From positions 9,858,001 to 9,922,000 of the forward strand of contig JBHGNT010000004.1 of NCBI GenBank assembly GCA_043228905.1: 64,000 nt of DNA, in the 5' to 3' direction. Below the pieces are notes generated by a model. It was not told the DNA's origin, made no database searches, and was given only the letters and a program-made list of their open reading frames with translations. A program made the position numbers and the translations under genes. The stretch is from Azolla caroliniana (Eukaryota; Plantae; Polypodiophyta). Below, piece by piece: positions 63,891-64,000 of the stretch (position 1 is the stretch's first letter; each line of letters opens with the position of its first letter).

Positions 63891-64000
63891 CCCTTTAATA
63901 CAATAGAAAAATATGTGGTAATCATAAAAATGACGAACATAATGCTAAATATGGCTCAAAATAAAAACACCAAATGATATGCCCATTATTGTAGTTGAAT

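Noticed and set aside
53960-64000. A single copia element spanning the intact gypsy
   Set aside because: The LTR at 53960-54527 and the LTR at 57533-57719/63490+ differ in sequence, so two elements fused by deletion is more likely.

Overview
This is eukaryotic plant DNA dominated by nested transposons. The mix of Tcn1/Tf1-like chromoviruses, PLS-type PPR fragments and an MCA gene suggests a non-seed land plant such as a fern or lycophyte (inference). There are two apparently intact host genes. One is an intronless secreted ApoD-type lipocalin split by a ~185-aa helical insert (25219-26418). The other is a 7-exon MCA1/CNR13-type mechanosensitive Ca2+ channel gene (46773-49639, 420 aa). The rest consists of Ty3/gypsy chromoviruses of three related LTR families, several Ty1/copia relics, a decayed hAT transposon carrying a polyadenylated PPR-fragment insert, two Tat-like tRNA-Arg-primed relics with an antisense coiled-coil ORF, an inhibitor-2 retrocopy, a U6 pseudogene and tandem repeats. 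One chromovirus is fully intact and very young (57720-63484, apparently identical 459-bp LTRs, GAGAA TSD). The main signals are: (1) all three chromovirus LTR families begin with an antisense tRNA-like A-box/B-box module; (2) all three have a tRNA-independent self-priming site whose two halves co-vary between families; (3) the intact LTR has a 10-unit in-phase heat-shock element abutting the TATA box; (4) a -1 frameshift cassette is conserved between two families; (5) the split lipocalin. All calls were made by eye and no searches were run.
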